Assembly: GCF_000315625.1 (NCBI RefSeq)
Contig: NW_005434651.1
Location: 92,205 to 143,936, forward strand
DNA: 51,732 bases
DNA from: Guillardia theta CCMP2712
Taxonomy: Eukaryota; Protista; Cryptophyta
Reading direction: 5' to 3'
A program made the position numbers and the translations under genes. Positions 41,000-51,732 of this stretch are shown here, one piece after another. The notes beneath the pieces were generated by a model. That model saw only the letters and a program-made list of their open reading frames with translations. It was not told the origin of the DNA and made no database searches. Within the stretch, counting starts at the first letter, position 1, and every line of letters starts with the position of its first letter.

Positions 41000-41523
41000 T
41001 TTTCTCGTGATGGCTGTTGTTTGAAGGTACATCTTGGAATATCAAAACTCCAAGTTAAAACGGAGTCGGCAAGGTACCTTGGATTTTCGGATCTTTGGAA
41101 TAAAATTACCAGCAGATGACATGCATTTGATTGAAAAGTCAACCACTACGGTCAAGATAGACTTCATCATTGCTAAGAGGAATTTAGTATGTCTCTGAGA
41201 ATGCAAGTGACCACTTGGCTTTAGGCTCTTCAAGATGGTTTCGAATGCATTCGCAAGCTGGGCCTCATTGAGGCTCCTCAAACATTGCCAATCGGCATCT
41301 CAAGTATTTCATCTGTACTCAGCGCGAGCGATTTGACATGTTTGACAGAAGTTCATAGTGCAGGAAAGGAGGATGAGGAGGTTGAAGCATCATATCTATC
41401 AACCCTGGTGCCCTCGCCCAATTGTCCGAAGGCTTGTAGCAGCAGCGAAGAAATGCAGTTAAAACAGTTTCACACATTCATCTGCGGGGTGATGTGGTTT
41501 TCCTTCCTTTAGTAAAAAAATAA
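41000..41523 (+). CDS. Possible small multi-exon hypothetical gene
   Basis: Regularly spaced GT..AG pairs allow ...STTTVKIDFIIAKRNL|ALQDGFECIRKLGLIEAP...; no recognised domain; start not defined. Confidence 0.25.
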
Positions 41524-41553
41524 AAACTGCTATTAGAAATTCAGCGATCCTCG

Positions 41554-44456
41554 TTAAGTTTGAGATTTGGTGAGAGTGTCAATGGCGAGGATAACCTGCA
41601 AGGCAACTCAGAAGACAATTCAAGCAATTCTAAAGGTTGTAACCTTATCGTAAAGAGTGTCAACCTGTACAGGATTCGGGCTATTGGCGATCCGGAAATA
41701 TCTATTTGAGGTCGAGGAGGCATCAGAAGGCAGTGACTGACATGGTACAGGTACCTCTGAGGACCCCTCCGCCAGATCGCCATGTTTTCGAAGTGCTTCA
41801 GACCTGCACCAAAGGATCACCTCCCGTCGATGCCTGGATGTGCATGGAACCGCTCGAGCCGTCAATGCCAAGTTCGATCAAGAACGAGTCATCGGGCATG
41901 AAGAGCGAGTGAGTGAGACCCGCCCCTGCCGAAAGAGAAGGATAAGAATCATTCTTCAAGATTCATCAACTTTGACTTACCGTGAGGCCCGATCATGATA
42001 TCAGTCTGAGCATCTACAGCTATCTGAGAGGCATGTAAGACAGGCACACAGCCACTGATGCAGCACTTGTTCACGGAAACTCATCTGATTGTAATCCTTT
42101 CTTGACACGATAACCCTTCTGCAGGTCAATCAATCACAAGCAACTTCCACACAGTGATCACTTTGATCCCTTGAACTCAGTCTCTTCAAGAGTTCGGAGC
42201 TTCTGAATCACCTACACAAACTCGGTGAGGGAAGCTAAGAAAAGGTCAACAGTGGCCGACCTCGTCTTCGTTCTTGACGACTCTGCGAAGCTCGCGAATG
42301 CCCAGATGTGAAAACAGGCTGCATTTCCAGAAAGTGTCGTCCTCACAAAAGTTGAGCTCCGGCCATTTCACAGAGGATTTCCTCGACATCCAAGTGATAA
42401 GAAGGTACTTCCGTTCCCCAGGGTACACATAAGTTGTCTTGTGGTGTACCTTCAGGCCGCGAATCATCCAATCTGCGTAGGCTATGACGAGTGGCGATCG
42501 TGCACATTTGGTGACTGAAGTGTGGATGGTCAGGGGGGATGCTGGGCCGACAATGCCTGTGATCAGACGACTGAAACAAATCTTCGAGCCTTTGTACTTG
42601 TTCTTGACATCCCATGCACGAAAAACTCGATCAGGAGACTTGGCGAAGGCGTTTGTCCAGATATCAAAGAATGGGCCCCGAGGATACAGATCGAGGAAGA
42701 AAAGTTGAAAGTCTGAAAGCCCCAGGTCCAGGATTGCGAGCGCCAAGAACAAGTTGAAGAAATCCTCAGAATCATGAAAGAAGTTTGCAAAGGTGTCTCG
42801 CTGGAGGACGATAGTGGCTGTTTCTTCCCACTCGTCACATTGCAAGGGCTTCCAACTGTTCGCTCTTGCAGCTTCATCGCCAACTGTGCTCAACGCTCGA
42901 CGAGGGAAATCTGCACCCGTGGCGTTGACAGCGACCGTTGAAACTTGAAGTCCACTTGCATCATCCCTATGCTGGTTCAGTCTACGTCCTTGCGCAGCTC
43001 CCTGCTTCGCTGCTTGTTCCCCTCCCACAGAGGCTGATTGTTTTGCTACTTCTCCCCCTCCCCCTGCCCCCTCTGGCGGTGACTTTTCTCCCCCTGTTGC
43101 CACCTCCTTCGCTGATTTTTCACCTTTTGATTCATCTTTTTTGTTGGAACCTTTCTCTGAATTCGAATCTGATGTTGCTTTCGCCTTGTCTGATTCTTTT
43201 GTTGCTGGGTCTTCTGTTGAAGAGACCTGATGATATGACGAAATGAGGTCCTTGTTCCACAGCGGGAGTTTGTCTGGTCGGAAATTCTGGGTTATCTTGC
43301 AAGTGCCTTTCAATGTCCCATCTTTCCAGTGAATGTATGCTTCATCTGAGTGCTTCGACTCCACGTACTTTTGCATCACGGAACTTGTAACTTCATCGTT
43401 TTGCAAGTCAGAAATATCAAACAAGATGTTTCGAAGAGAGCAAAGGTTATCGACAGCAGAATGTCCATCCTGTCGGAACGGGTAGCATGAAATCTCTGTC
43501 TTTGAACGGGTCGTTCCCGAATCTGACTTCTCACCTTCTGGCTCACACCACACTTCCCGTTGTTTCGACCATTTTTCGACAAGTCCAATACCAAAGCTGT
43601 TATGACAAGAATCGTCTTGCGACTTTATGCTACCGTAGAACGGAGGATCAAGCCAAGACTTCACGGTCTTGGTCGCGTAATCTTCGTCCGAAGCAACAAT
43701 CAGAGGATGGATTTCACTTTTGTCCACAAGTTTGGTATCCTTGGCATACTCGATAGATTCAACCTCTTTGCGATAAATCTCCACGGTCCTCTTCCATTCT
43801 TTCTTCTGCTCCTCAATGGTCAAGTCCTTCTCATGATTCAGCGCCTTGATAAACTTGGTGATTACATTTGAATCCTTGTTTCCACCTTCTTTTACTTCTT
43901 TCTCTTTGCCATTGTGGGTCGAATCGGATATTTTCAATCTAGTCCCATCTCCCCTTCTCCAGGAAGCCAGCATCTCGAAGTTCTTTTTCAAGGTCTCAAA
44001 ATCTGTGCAGCTGTGTGAAGATAATTCTTCCAACTCATGTGTTATGGAGGATGCTTCTCGTGTCTTCATGTCCTCCAGCCCTGGCAACTTCTGCATGCAC
44101 TCTGCCACAGATTGCAACAATGTTTGGATTTCAATGGGATAGCTGTCATCAACCATGTTCTTCACTGACTTCTCATTGAGCATTCCAAAGAGAAGGATCG
44201 TGTCAAGCAGGATCATCTTCTTCTCTTCCATCAACCGCTTTCTCTTCTCCACTAGATCTACCTTGTATGCCGAGATTGTGTTGGTAGTGTCTGCTGTCGC
44301 GTTCAAAATTCTCTTCATTCTCTCATTGTCTTGCACCAGCGATCGATATCTGTTTGGGAGAGAGAAGTGATTCTGTATGACGTAGTACGAGAAGACTGCT
44401 ACAAGAACAACAAATGCCGCTGTTCTCCTGTTCACCTCGGACATTGTTCCCTGCAT
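41554..44456 (-). CDS. GT61-family glycosyltransferase (EOGT/beta-1,2-xylosyltransferase-like), type II membrane protein
   Basis: N-terminal TM (AAFVVLVAVFSYYVI), coiled stem, RDTFANFFHDSEDFFN, ITWMSR, VDYNQMSFREQ, TDIMIGPHGAGLTHSLFMP...IEL, HFENMA. Confidence 0.9.
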
Positions 44457-45419
44457 GCCGCAAGGAATTCGAAGCTGCAACGTCAACAGACAGGACGGAA
44501 TGTTTCACTCGAGGAAGGAACAAGTATGCCGACCAGTTCACGGGGTAATGGCTTTCCTAGCAAGATCGATTTCTTCATCCCAGAGAGGGGGGCGAACTTC
44601 CGCGGCTGATCCAACCACCTAGCAGCACGAGTGAATGAGAGATCCAGAGGAATGAAGGATGGATAGCAGTTGTTCCATGTTGGCTTTCTTGTTGGAGATT
44701 TATGATGAACATGCTTTGGGGGAGGGGAGATGGGAAGATATGGTGGACATGCCAGCGGACTAGACAAAACATTAGGTGGTCGACTCAAGGCCCTAACGCA
44801 GGAGGGAAACGCTACACAGCCTGGTAGGGCGTGGTTTGGAACAAAGAAAAATGAACTACAGTGAAAACAAATCCAACTGACAGCTACGACAAGAGTAGGA
44901 GGCGGAAAAAACGAAGATAGGAAAGATAGGAAAGATAAGGTTGTAGAGGGCAAGTAAAGGAGGACAATCCTGGATAGATGTTTGAAAGGACATTTCTCTT
45001 GTCAACATGTCTCTCTTCATCTACTCATTCTATGCCTCTTCTATCTCGCTACACCTCGTCGCCTCCTTCCTGGCGGATTCCCGCCGCTTCGTTAGCTCAA
45101 AAAGACTCGACATGGCATGACTGGCCTTGTCCACCACAATATACAAGTATCATTTTTAACCAGTTTATCTATTGTCCATATTCGTACAAATATTAGCCCT
45201 TTGTACTTTTAATATATCTATATAATTTAACTTCTTTGTATAGAATGATATATTCAATAGTGTTTTAAAGTTTCTAAAACCCCACATTTAAATTTTCCCA
45301 ACGTGCCAGACGCGGGCGCGCCCCAGGCCAGGCACGACGCAGAGTATGAGGGGGATGATGCGAAGGAGGGGGATGAGGGGATAAAAAAAAACTGGAGGCG
45401 TGCACGAGGACAAGCGGCG

Positions 45420-46401
45420 ATGGCGGCGAACACCAGCGCGGATCTGCTATGGATGCTGACACGTTCTAACGTGAGGACCGCAGTGATGATGATCTCTCAT
45501 TGTCGCATCTGTTCTCCATGCCATGTCCTTTCTTGAGTTGAGCTGTTCTCTTCTTTGTTTGTCTGTAGATGGATGATAATGGCACGCGCTCATGCCGTCT
45601 GATTGGGTGTTCTATGTTGAAGTGAAGGGATTATGAAGGTGTATGTCTTGTACGATGACAGCCAAAGTTCTCATATGCAGTGACTGGAACACTTTGTTTT
45701 TGCTAGCAAATTGCTCATTGTTGGTGAAAATCTCGTTTGTTGGAAGTTGGTGCGTCTTGAAAAGCAATTTTGTAATTTTAGAGACGAACCCTCCGCATGG
45801 TCATGAGGCTGCTGATGAATGTGCAGAGTTGCTGATTGCAACATACTGAATTTCTGTGTAACATTGTTCTGTATGGATGCAACCCTGTAGCGTTTTGTTG
45901 TGTCCTGTTCATCTCACACTTGCCTGTTCAGAGCTCTTTCCTCGTCAAGAGAGAGAGTGGCCGCATTCAGCTTTCCAAGGATCCGTTCAACTTGATGAAC
46001 AAGAACTCCTTCAAGTACTCGGGTCTTGCCAACGGAAAGAGCGCCGACATCCGCCAGTACGAGAACAAGGGAATCGTGCTGACCACCAAGCTCACCAAGG
46101 CTGCCACCAGCCCGGTAGGAAGCTGCGGGGAAGTGAGTGCAAGGTTGCTCATGGTTTCACTGCAGGCCAAGAGCGTCAGGAAGGTTGTCTGCTCCAGGGA
46201 CTTCGAGCGCAACTTCAAGAAAGTTGCCAACTGCGTTTCCAAGACCGTCGGTGGATACTACCGCCCTGACCTCGAGAAGTCGGCTCTTGCTCGCTGGACC
46301 AAGTACCACCGCGCTTTGAAGAAGACCAAGGCCATGAAGGTACATCGGGTGGAGACAGAAGAAGTCGGAACTAACGAGTGTCGCAGGCTGGCAAGAAGTA
46401 A
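45420..46401 (+). CDS. RPL28: 60S ribosomal protein L28 (eL28), 4 exons
   Basis: SADLLWMLTRSN|SSFLVKR...SKDPFNLMNKNSFKYSGLAN...YYRPDLEKSALAR; last exon AGKK*. Confidence 0.95.
45705..45846 (+). ncRNA. Candidate intronic H/ACA snoRNA in RPL28 intron 1
   Basis: Stem AAATTGCT...AGCAATTT, H-box-like AGACGA (45782-45787), second hairpin (CTGC..GCAG), ACA at 45841-45843; host intron is unusually long and not microsatellite-filled. Confidence 0.3.
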
Positions 46402-46605
46402 ATCGCTTGACATACCGATATTTGAATTACAAAAACAACAAAAATCAAAAATTCCAGAGATATGGGACCTCGAGCTGTGACCAGATATTTTCTTTAGACT
46501 GTTTGTTTATTGGGACATCACGTCTGGATGCATTTGACATCACTCAAAAGCTTCAAATGCGAACGAGCCCAGACTGAGTTACGCTCGCCACCTCTCGACC
46601 ATCAC

Positions 46606-47241
46606 TCACCCAGACTCACACCACCTTCGATTGTGGGAGAGGCCACCAGCAGATAAGCAGAGACTAGAGTACATTCACCATCCTGTCTTGTATGGAGATT
46701 CCCGCGGCTTAGGATTGATCCTTCAACTCATAGTCAGCATTTCGTTACACCGCCCTGTCGAACTCGGTGACCTGAATGGATCCGTGAGACCCTCGGCAAG
46801 CGACTTGCCCGTTGCCTGCCAGCACGAGAAACATCAGCGTGACATTTAGCTGAGGAGCTACACACAATCGAATCTGCAGCCGCGATGCAGCCGACGAGTC
46901 CTGTGCGTGGTGAAAGTCAGGGAGCACAGCAAGGAAACGAGGAGGAGCAACCTGGTGTTGCGAGTACAGCACAGTCTGCGCAAGTCTGCGTGACGATCTG
47001 TGCATCAGACTTCTCCGTTGAAGCCGCTTGGCCGCTGACGGTCTCATGCACAGGCGACAAATCCACCAACGGGAACTTCAACCATCCGCTAGAGCCTGTT
47101 GAGAAGTCAAGACCAGGTGTCTGCGTGGAGAGCCACCTCACCGTTAGAGATGCTCTTTGCCTCCTCCTTCTCCTTCTCCTGCTGGGTCTTGGGTTTGTGC
47201 CGCAGCATCGACAACCCTCCTTCGAGAAAATCGTCCAGCAT
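46606..47241 (-). CDS. Small multi-exon hypothetical protein (~120 aa)
   Basis: MLDDFLEGG...SISN|GSSGWLKFP...CADCAVLATP|GLVGCIAAADSI|ATGKSLAEGLTDPF|RINPKPRESPYKTG|WWCESG* with compatible short introns. Confidence 0.5.
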
Positions 47242-47292
47242 GCCTGCAGCACCAACGTGTGAACCTCTTTCAGTCCCCCTTTGAGCGCGGGG

Positions 47293-47449
47293 CAAACTTT
47301 GAAGCTCCTTCTTAAGAAATGATGAAATGACAAGTTCAAATCTCAAACTTTGAAGCTCCTTCTTAAGAGATGATAGATTGACAAGTTCAAATCTCAAACT
47401 TTGAAGCTCCTTCTTAAGAGATGATAGATTGACAAGTTCAAATCTCAAA
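47293..47449. repeat. 51-bp tandem triplication containing TTGAA/TTCAA words
   Basis: CAAACTTTGAAGCTCCTTCTTAAGAGATGATAGATTGACAAGTTCAAATCT x3; first copy slightly divergent. Confidence 0.93.
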
Positions 47450-47599
47450 GTGCCTAGAAGCAACATGAACAGACCTCTGCAGAGTAAAGGAGGTTGAGGT
47501 TTGCTTTGCAAGATTCAACACTGATCAGAAAACGGAGAGGAGAGTGAGAGAAGACAAGAGAACAAACAAGAGATGGGATACAACACCATACAAGAATCT

Positions 47600-48655
47600 C
47601 GGCATGTCATGATATTCATACTCTTCCTCCCTCCTCTCTCTTGCTTCCGCCCTTGCTACGTGCGGGACCCCCGCTGCTCTTCGGGTACATTGTCGGCAAG
47701 GACCCTGCGGTCGGACTCTGGGGTGGATCCAAATCAATGGGGTTATCTCCTCGATAAATATGGGGTACATTGTTGGGAAAGAGTAGGTGGGGGTCATGTG
47801 ATCAGGGGTGCTCTGGACACCACCACAATCGCAGACAGGATGCCGCACAAACACGATTCCATGATGATAACACCACTGAACAAATCTCAAATCCCCTCCT
47901 GAATTATTTCATGTACGTCTTTATACAACAAGATTTGGTTTGTGTTCTCAACTATCATATTCCGAAGAAGTGTCTGCGGAAAACGAAGCAAAAGATGATT
48001 AAAGTAATGAAAACCTGTACAGAAAACATGAGTTTCTGCTCGAATTCCCTCAGGTAGAGGTGGATACCGTGCAGAGAAGAAACAGTGATGGAAGAGATGG
48101 ATCATAGTATAGCAAGTGCCGATTGTGATTGAACGTCGCGCCCTCCACGCCATTGAGCACACAAAGGCAAACGATCACCAAGAGAGTATTCGCCCACCCA
48201 ACACTAGTGGGAGTGACACAGGTCGGCCGTACTCTGCCATGAAAGAAGAATAAGATGTTTCAGCTGCCTCGATCGGCAGAAGCTATCTATGCAAATGCAT
48301 GATATATGCAGATGAATTCAAAGAAAAATCTCATGCTCTTTCTGCCTGACGTCAAAGCAACACCCTGACCTTCTATGCTGTCTATACAACACCAACACGA
48401 GAATCAAGGTCAGCGAACAAGAAATGCGCTGCAGTATCAGACAAGAGCACTCCCAACACAGAACTGCACCAGAAAATAAAAATACTGCGAACGAAGATAA
48501 AATGCAGATAATCGTCATAACGGGGTTGCTGGCCAAGAATATGGCATCAAAGGCAGGGTGCATCACAGCAGTTTGAAAGCGATTCAATCTTGAGCATGCT
48601 GGAAATGCAGCTCGAGAGGAAAGGGATCCTTGAAGGGCGAGGAGGGAGTGAGTGG
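47600..48655 (-). CDS. Possible small multi-exon membrane protein
   Basis: Hydrophobic exon fragments (WANTLLVIVCLCVL; LFLLCT|VFITLIIFCFVFRR) with GT-AG boundaries; structure not resolved. Confidence 0.3.
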
Positions 48656-48677
48656 GCATGGGGCATCAAGGTTTTTT

Positions 48678-49093
48678 AGCTGCTGCATGAAGCAAGGGAG
48701 GGAGAGCTGCTGCATGAAGCAAGGGAGGGAGAGCTGCTGCATGAAGCAAGGGAGGGAGAGCTGCTGCATGAAGCAAGGGAGGGAGAGCTGCTGCATGAAG
48801 CAAGGGAGGGAGAGCTGCTGCATGAAGCAAGGGAGGGAGAGCTGCTGCATGAAGCAAGGGAGAGCTGCTGCATGAAGCAAGGGAGGGAGAGCTGCTGCAT
48901 GAAGCAAGGGAGGGAGAGCTGCTGCATGAAGCAAGGGAGAGCTGCTGCATGAAGCAAGGGAGGGAGAGCTGCTGCATGAAGCAAGGGAGGGAGAGCTGCT
49001 GCATGAAGCAAGGGAGGGAGAGCTGCTGCATGAAGCAAGGGAGGGAGAGCTGCTGCATGAAGCAAGGGAGAGCTGCTGCATGAAGCAAGGGAG
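48678..49093. repeat. 27/23-bp minisatellite, ~16 copies
   Basis: AGCTGCTGCATGAAGCAAGGGAGGGAG units, some lacking 4 bp; head-to-tail with no spacers. Confidence 0.96.
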
Positions 49094-49227
49094 AGGCCGC
49101 AGCTTATTTACCTCCTAGCATCCGCTGCTTGCGGATGCATGGCGATCTCGAAGGGGCAGCGAACTTGATGTGAACCAGATCTAGAACATCTACCCTAAAA
49201 TTGTATCTCAAATCTAGAACACTTGCC

Positions 49228-49765
49228 AGCCGGCCGGCCGCGGCGGCGGTCACCGTCGCCGCCGGCCCCGGGCCGGCGGGCCGGGCGGCCGGCGGCACGG
49301 TCCGGCCCCGCGGCCGGGCCGAGTCAGTCACACGGGCGGCTGCCGCGTCACAGTGGTGAACGGGCCGTGGCGGTGGCCGCACCGTGACCGACGGTGCAGA
49401 GTCACGGTCCGGCTGCCCGGCAGAGCCCACTTGAACGGTCCCGGCCGGGCCGGGCCGACAGTTTTGAGTAAAGAAGGAGCTCCGAGTCCGATCCGATCAG
49501 AGCCAGTGGGTTCAGTCACACCCGGGCCCCGCGGCCCCCCGGCACGGCGGGGCGGCCGGCGGCGGGCCGTCCGATCGGACTCGCGGGCCGCCGTCCGATC
49601 CGAGTGACCGTCTACGCGGCCGCAGTATCACGGCAGTCACCGTGCCCGAGAGACGGTCCGATCTCCGACCGGCCCGGCCCGGCGGGCCCCGCCGGGGCCC
49701 CCGATGCCCGGCGCAGTCCGATCGGATCGGATCAGGCTTGAGTAGTAGTAACGGTTAACGGTCGG
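49228..49765. other. GC-rich intergenic island with CG palindromes (island 3)
   Basis: Very dense CCGG/CGGCCG/TCCGATCGGA/CAGTCAC words, upstream of the kinesin gene. Confidence 0.65.
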
Positions 49766-50143
49766 GTGGGTAACGGTTGAGGATCACTGGCGTGTACATT
49801 TGAAATGCTTATTACCAAGAGGAGGTAGCAAACAGGCGGAATAGAGGACGGGAGCCTCGGACAGTAGAGATGGGAGAGAGAGAAGATGGTAGACGATGAA
49901 GGAGGAAAGCAGAAAGAGCGTGACAGCAGGAAGGAGATGCTTTTGATAGCAAGCTCTTCAAGGTAGATGAAAGAATGCTTCTAGGAAGATGAAGGGAAAG
50001 GCGAAGAAACTTAGAGGTAGAGGACGTCATTGTTGCATTCATCTGGGTCTATAGTCTGTATCCTTCCTTCCTTCCTTCCTTCCTTCCTTCCTCGTGGTTT
50101 TTTGGTTTCACAGTTCACAACCAGGTGACCTGTTGGCCTCAAG

Positions 50144-51541
50144 ATGATTGAAAGAACGGCTTCATCCGCCAGTGATGCACAAGGTGACGTGGAGAGCGTT
50201 GTAGTAGCAGTCCGCGTCCGACCACTGCTGGACTTCGAAGCTCACCAAGAAGAATGTGTGGAGGTGTGAACAATGATACTTGATGGCGCAAGACTGATGC
50301 GAGTTGTCTTCTCTTTGTGTCTTGCCAGGTTGTAGACAATCAGACTATCACGATGTTCAAGAACGATCCGAACAACCAGCAGACAGGCATCTCTGCAACG
50401 TCAATGAAGTTTGACAGGATCTGGAGCAAGCAATCATCGCAGGATGACGTCTTCCACGAAGCGCAGCAGCTGGTGGACAGCGCCTTTCATGGCTACAACG
50501 CCACCATCTTCGCCTACGGGCCGTCAGGGTCCGGCAAGACACACACGATGATCGGGACGAAGGAGCAACCAGGCATCGTCCCTCGCTCGTTAAATCGCAT
50601 CTTTGAGCTAGCGGACAAGCAGCAAGACAGCATGTTCATGATCGCCCTGACTGTCCTCGAGCTCTACAACGACCAGTTCTTCGACCTGCTCGACAACACG
50701 AAGCCGACGGGATGGCTGGGGTGCAAGCAGAGGAGCGCCAGGAGCCTCATGACGCAGACAGGAACTACCATCCTCAGCCCCAGCAGGAAGATCGAAGTGG
50801 TCAGGAACGGTAGACAGTCACAGCTGAAAGGAGACTATATGAGGATCCAAATAGACGACCCCTCTGCCGCCATGTCCATTATCGAGAACGGACTCAACCG
50901 TCGATCCACCTCCGGCACAATGGTCAGAAGTCTCCCTCCTCCTGCTCCCTCCTACACTCCTGCCCCCCCATCCCCCCCCCCCCACCCCCTCCCCCCCTCC
51001 TTACCCTTCCTCCCCCTGCTCCATGCTCCTGTCGCCCGGCGATTTCTTCATTGGAGAGCAGACTCCTTTCCGTTCCTTTCCGTTCCGTTTTCACCCTTTT
51101 CATCTCCTCCCCTCCCCTCCCCTCTCCTCTCCTCCTCATTCTCTTCGCCTCTGAAACGTTTTGCAGCTCAACGACCGCAGCTCTCGCTCGCACGCCATCG
51201 TGATGATTCAGGTGCAGCAGGCAAGCGCGCGTTCCTCCTTGTCCTCTGGCAAAGAAGCCAGTAAGGCAACGACCCTCGGCTCGCTCTTCCTCGTCGACCT
51301 TGCAGGTTGGATACCTCCTCCCTCTCTTCTCTCTTCCGCCACCTGCACCTGTTCCACAACCACCTGCACACCCTCCTCCTCCTCCTCCTCGATGCTCCCC
51401 TCCTCCACCACCACTACCTCCTCTCCCCTTCCTCTCGTCATCTTTGAATGCACGGCTTTCTCCCCTCATTCTTATTGTTTTCCATCCACAGGAAGCGAGA
51501 GGATCAAGCATTCCGGAGTTACAGGAGATGCTCATGAAGAG
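50144..51541 (+). CDS. Kinesin motor-domain protein (5' part; continues beyond window)
   Basis: VVVAVRVRP, FDRI, GYNATIFAYGPSGSGKTHTM (P-loop), LELYND, NDRSSRSH (switch I), LVDLAG|SER (switch II). Confidence 0.95.
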
Positions 51542-51732
51542 GTAGGGAGGAGAAGGAGCAGGAGGGGGGGGGGGGGGGGGGGGAATTTTTTGATTTTTCT
51601 TTCAAAAAAAACACATCAAAAAAACTTCCTTTGCTCTCGGCAACATTCTTCCTAGCCTTTTAAAACCCCCAAAAGAAAAAGGGCAAGACTTTCCCCCCCA
51701 CCCGCTGCAGCGCGGCGTTTGTTTTCATATGG

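Noticed and set aside
48678-49093. CRISPR array
   Set aside because: Repeats are head-to-tail with no unique spacers, there are no cas genes, and the context is eukaryotic.
51545-51732. Poly-G and homopolymer-rich tail as a regulatory element
   Set aside because: Looks like low-quality sequence following a G homopolymer inside a kinesin intron.

Overview
Gene-dense eukaryotic nuclear DNA with many very short (~45-60 nt) spliceosomal introns, longer introns filled with microsatellites, and frequent GC donors and AAG acceptors. The style suggests a cryptophyte alga (Guillardia/Hanusia-like); this is inference only. I spliced the genes by eye, so exon boundaries and termini are approximate. Recognisable genes: an NlpC/P60 + degenerate tubulin-tyrosine-ligase fusion, a BTB-BACK-PDZ protein, a TM/coiled-coil/collagen/C-type-lectin-like protein, a PDZ protein, a THUMP-domain RNA methyltransferase, a GT10 fucosyltransferase, an E(z)/EZH2 H3K27 methyltransferase carrying an inserted SPRY-like domain, a GPR180/TMEM145-family protein, a coiled-coil protein, a GT61 glycosyltransferase, RPL28 and a kinesin, plus several hypotheticals. 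Non-coding features include a 429-bp TIR element with an AGG target-site duplication, tandem repeats, and three recurring intergenic motif classes (CG-palindrome islands, GGGGT/ACCCC islands, TTGAA/TTCAA clusters). Best candidates for novelty: the intact-peptidase/dead-TTL fusion, the SPRY insertion in E(z), the scavenger-receptor-like collectin, and the shared-vocabulary CG islands.
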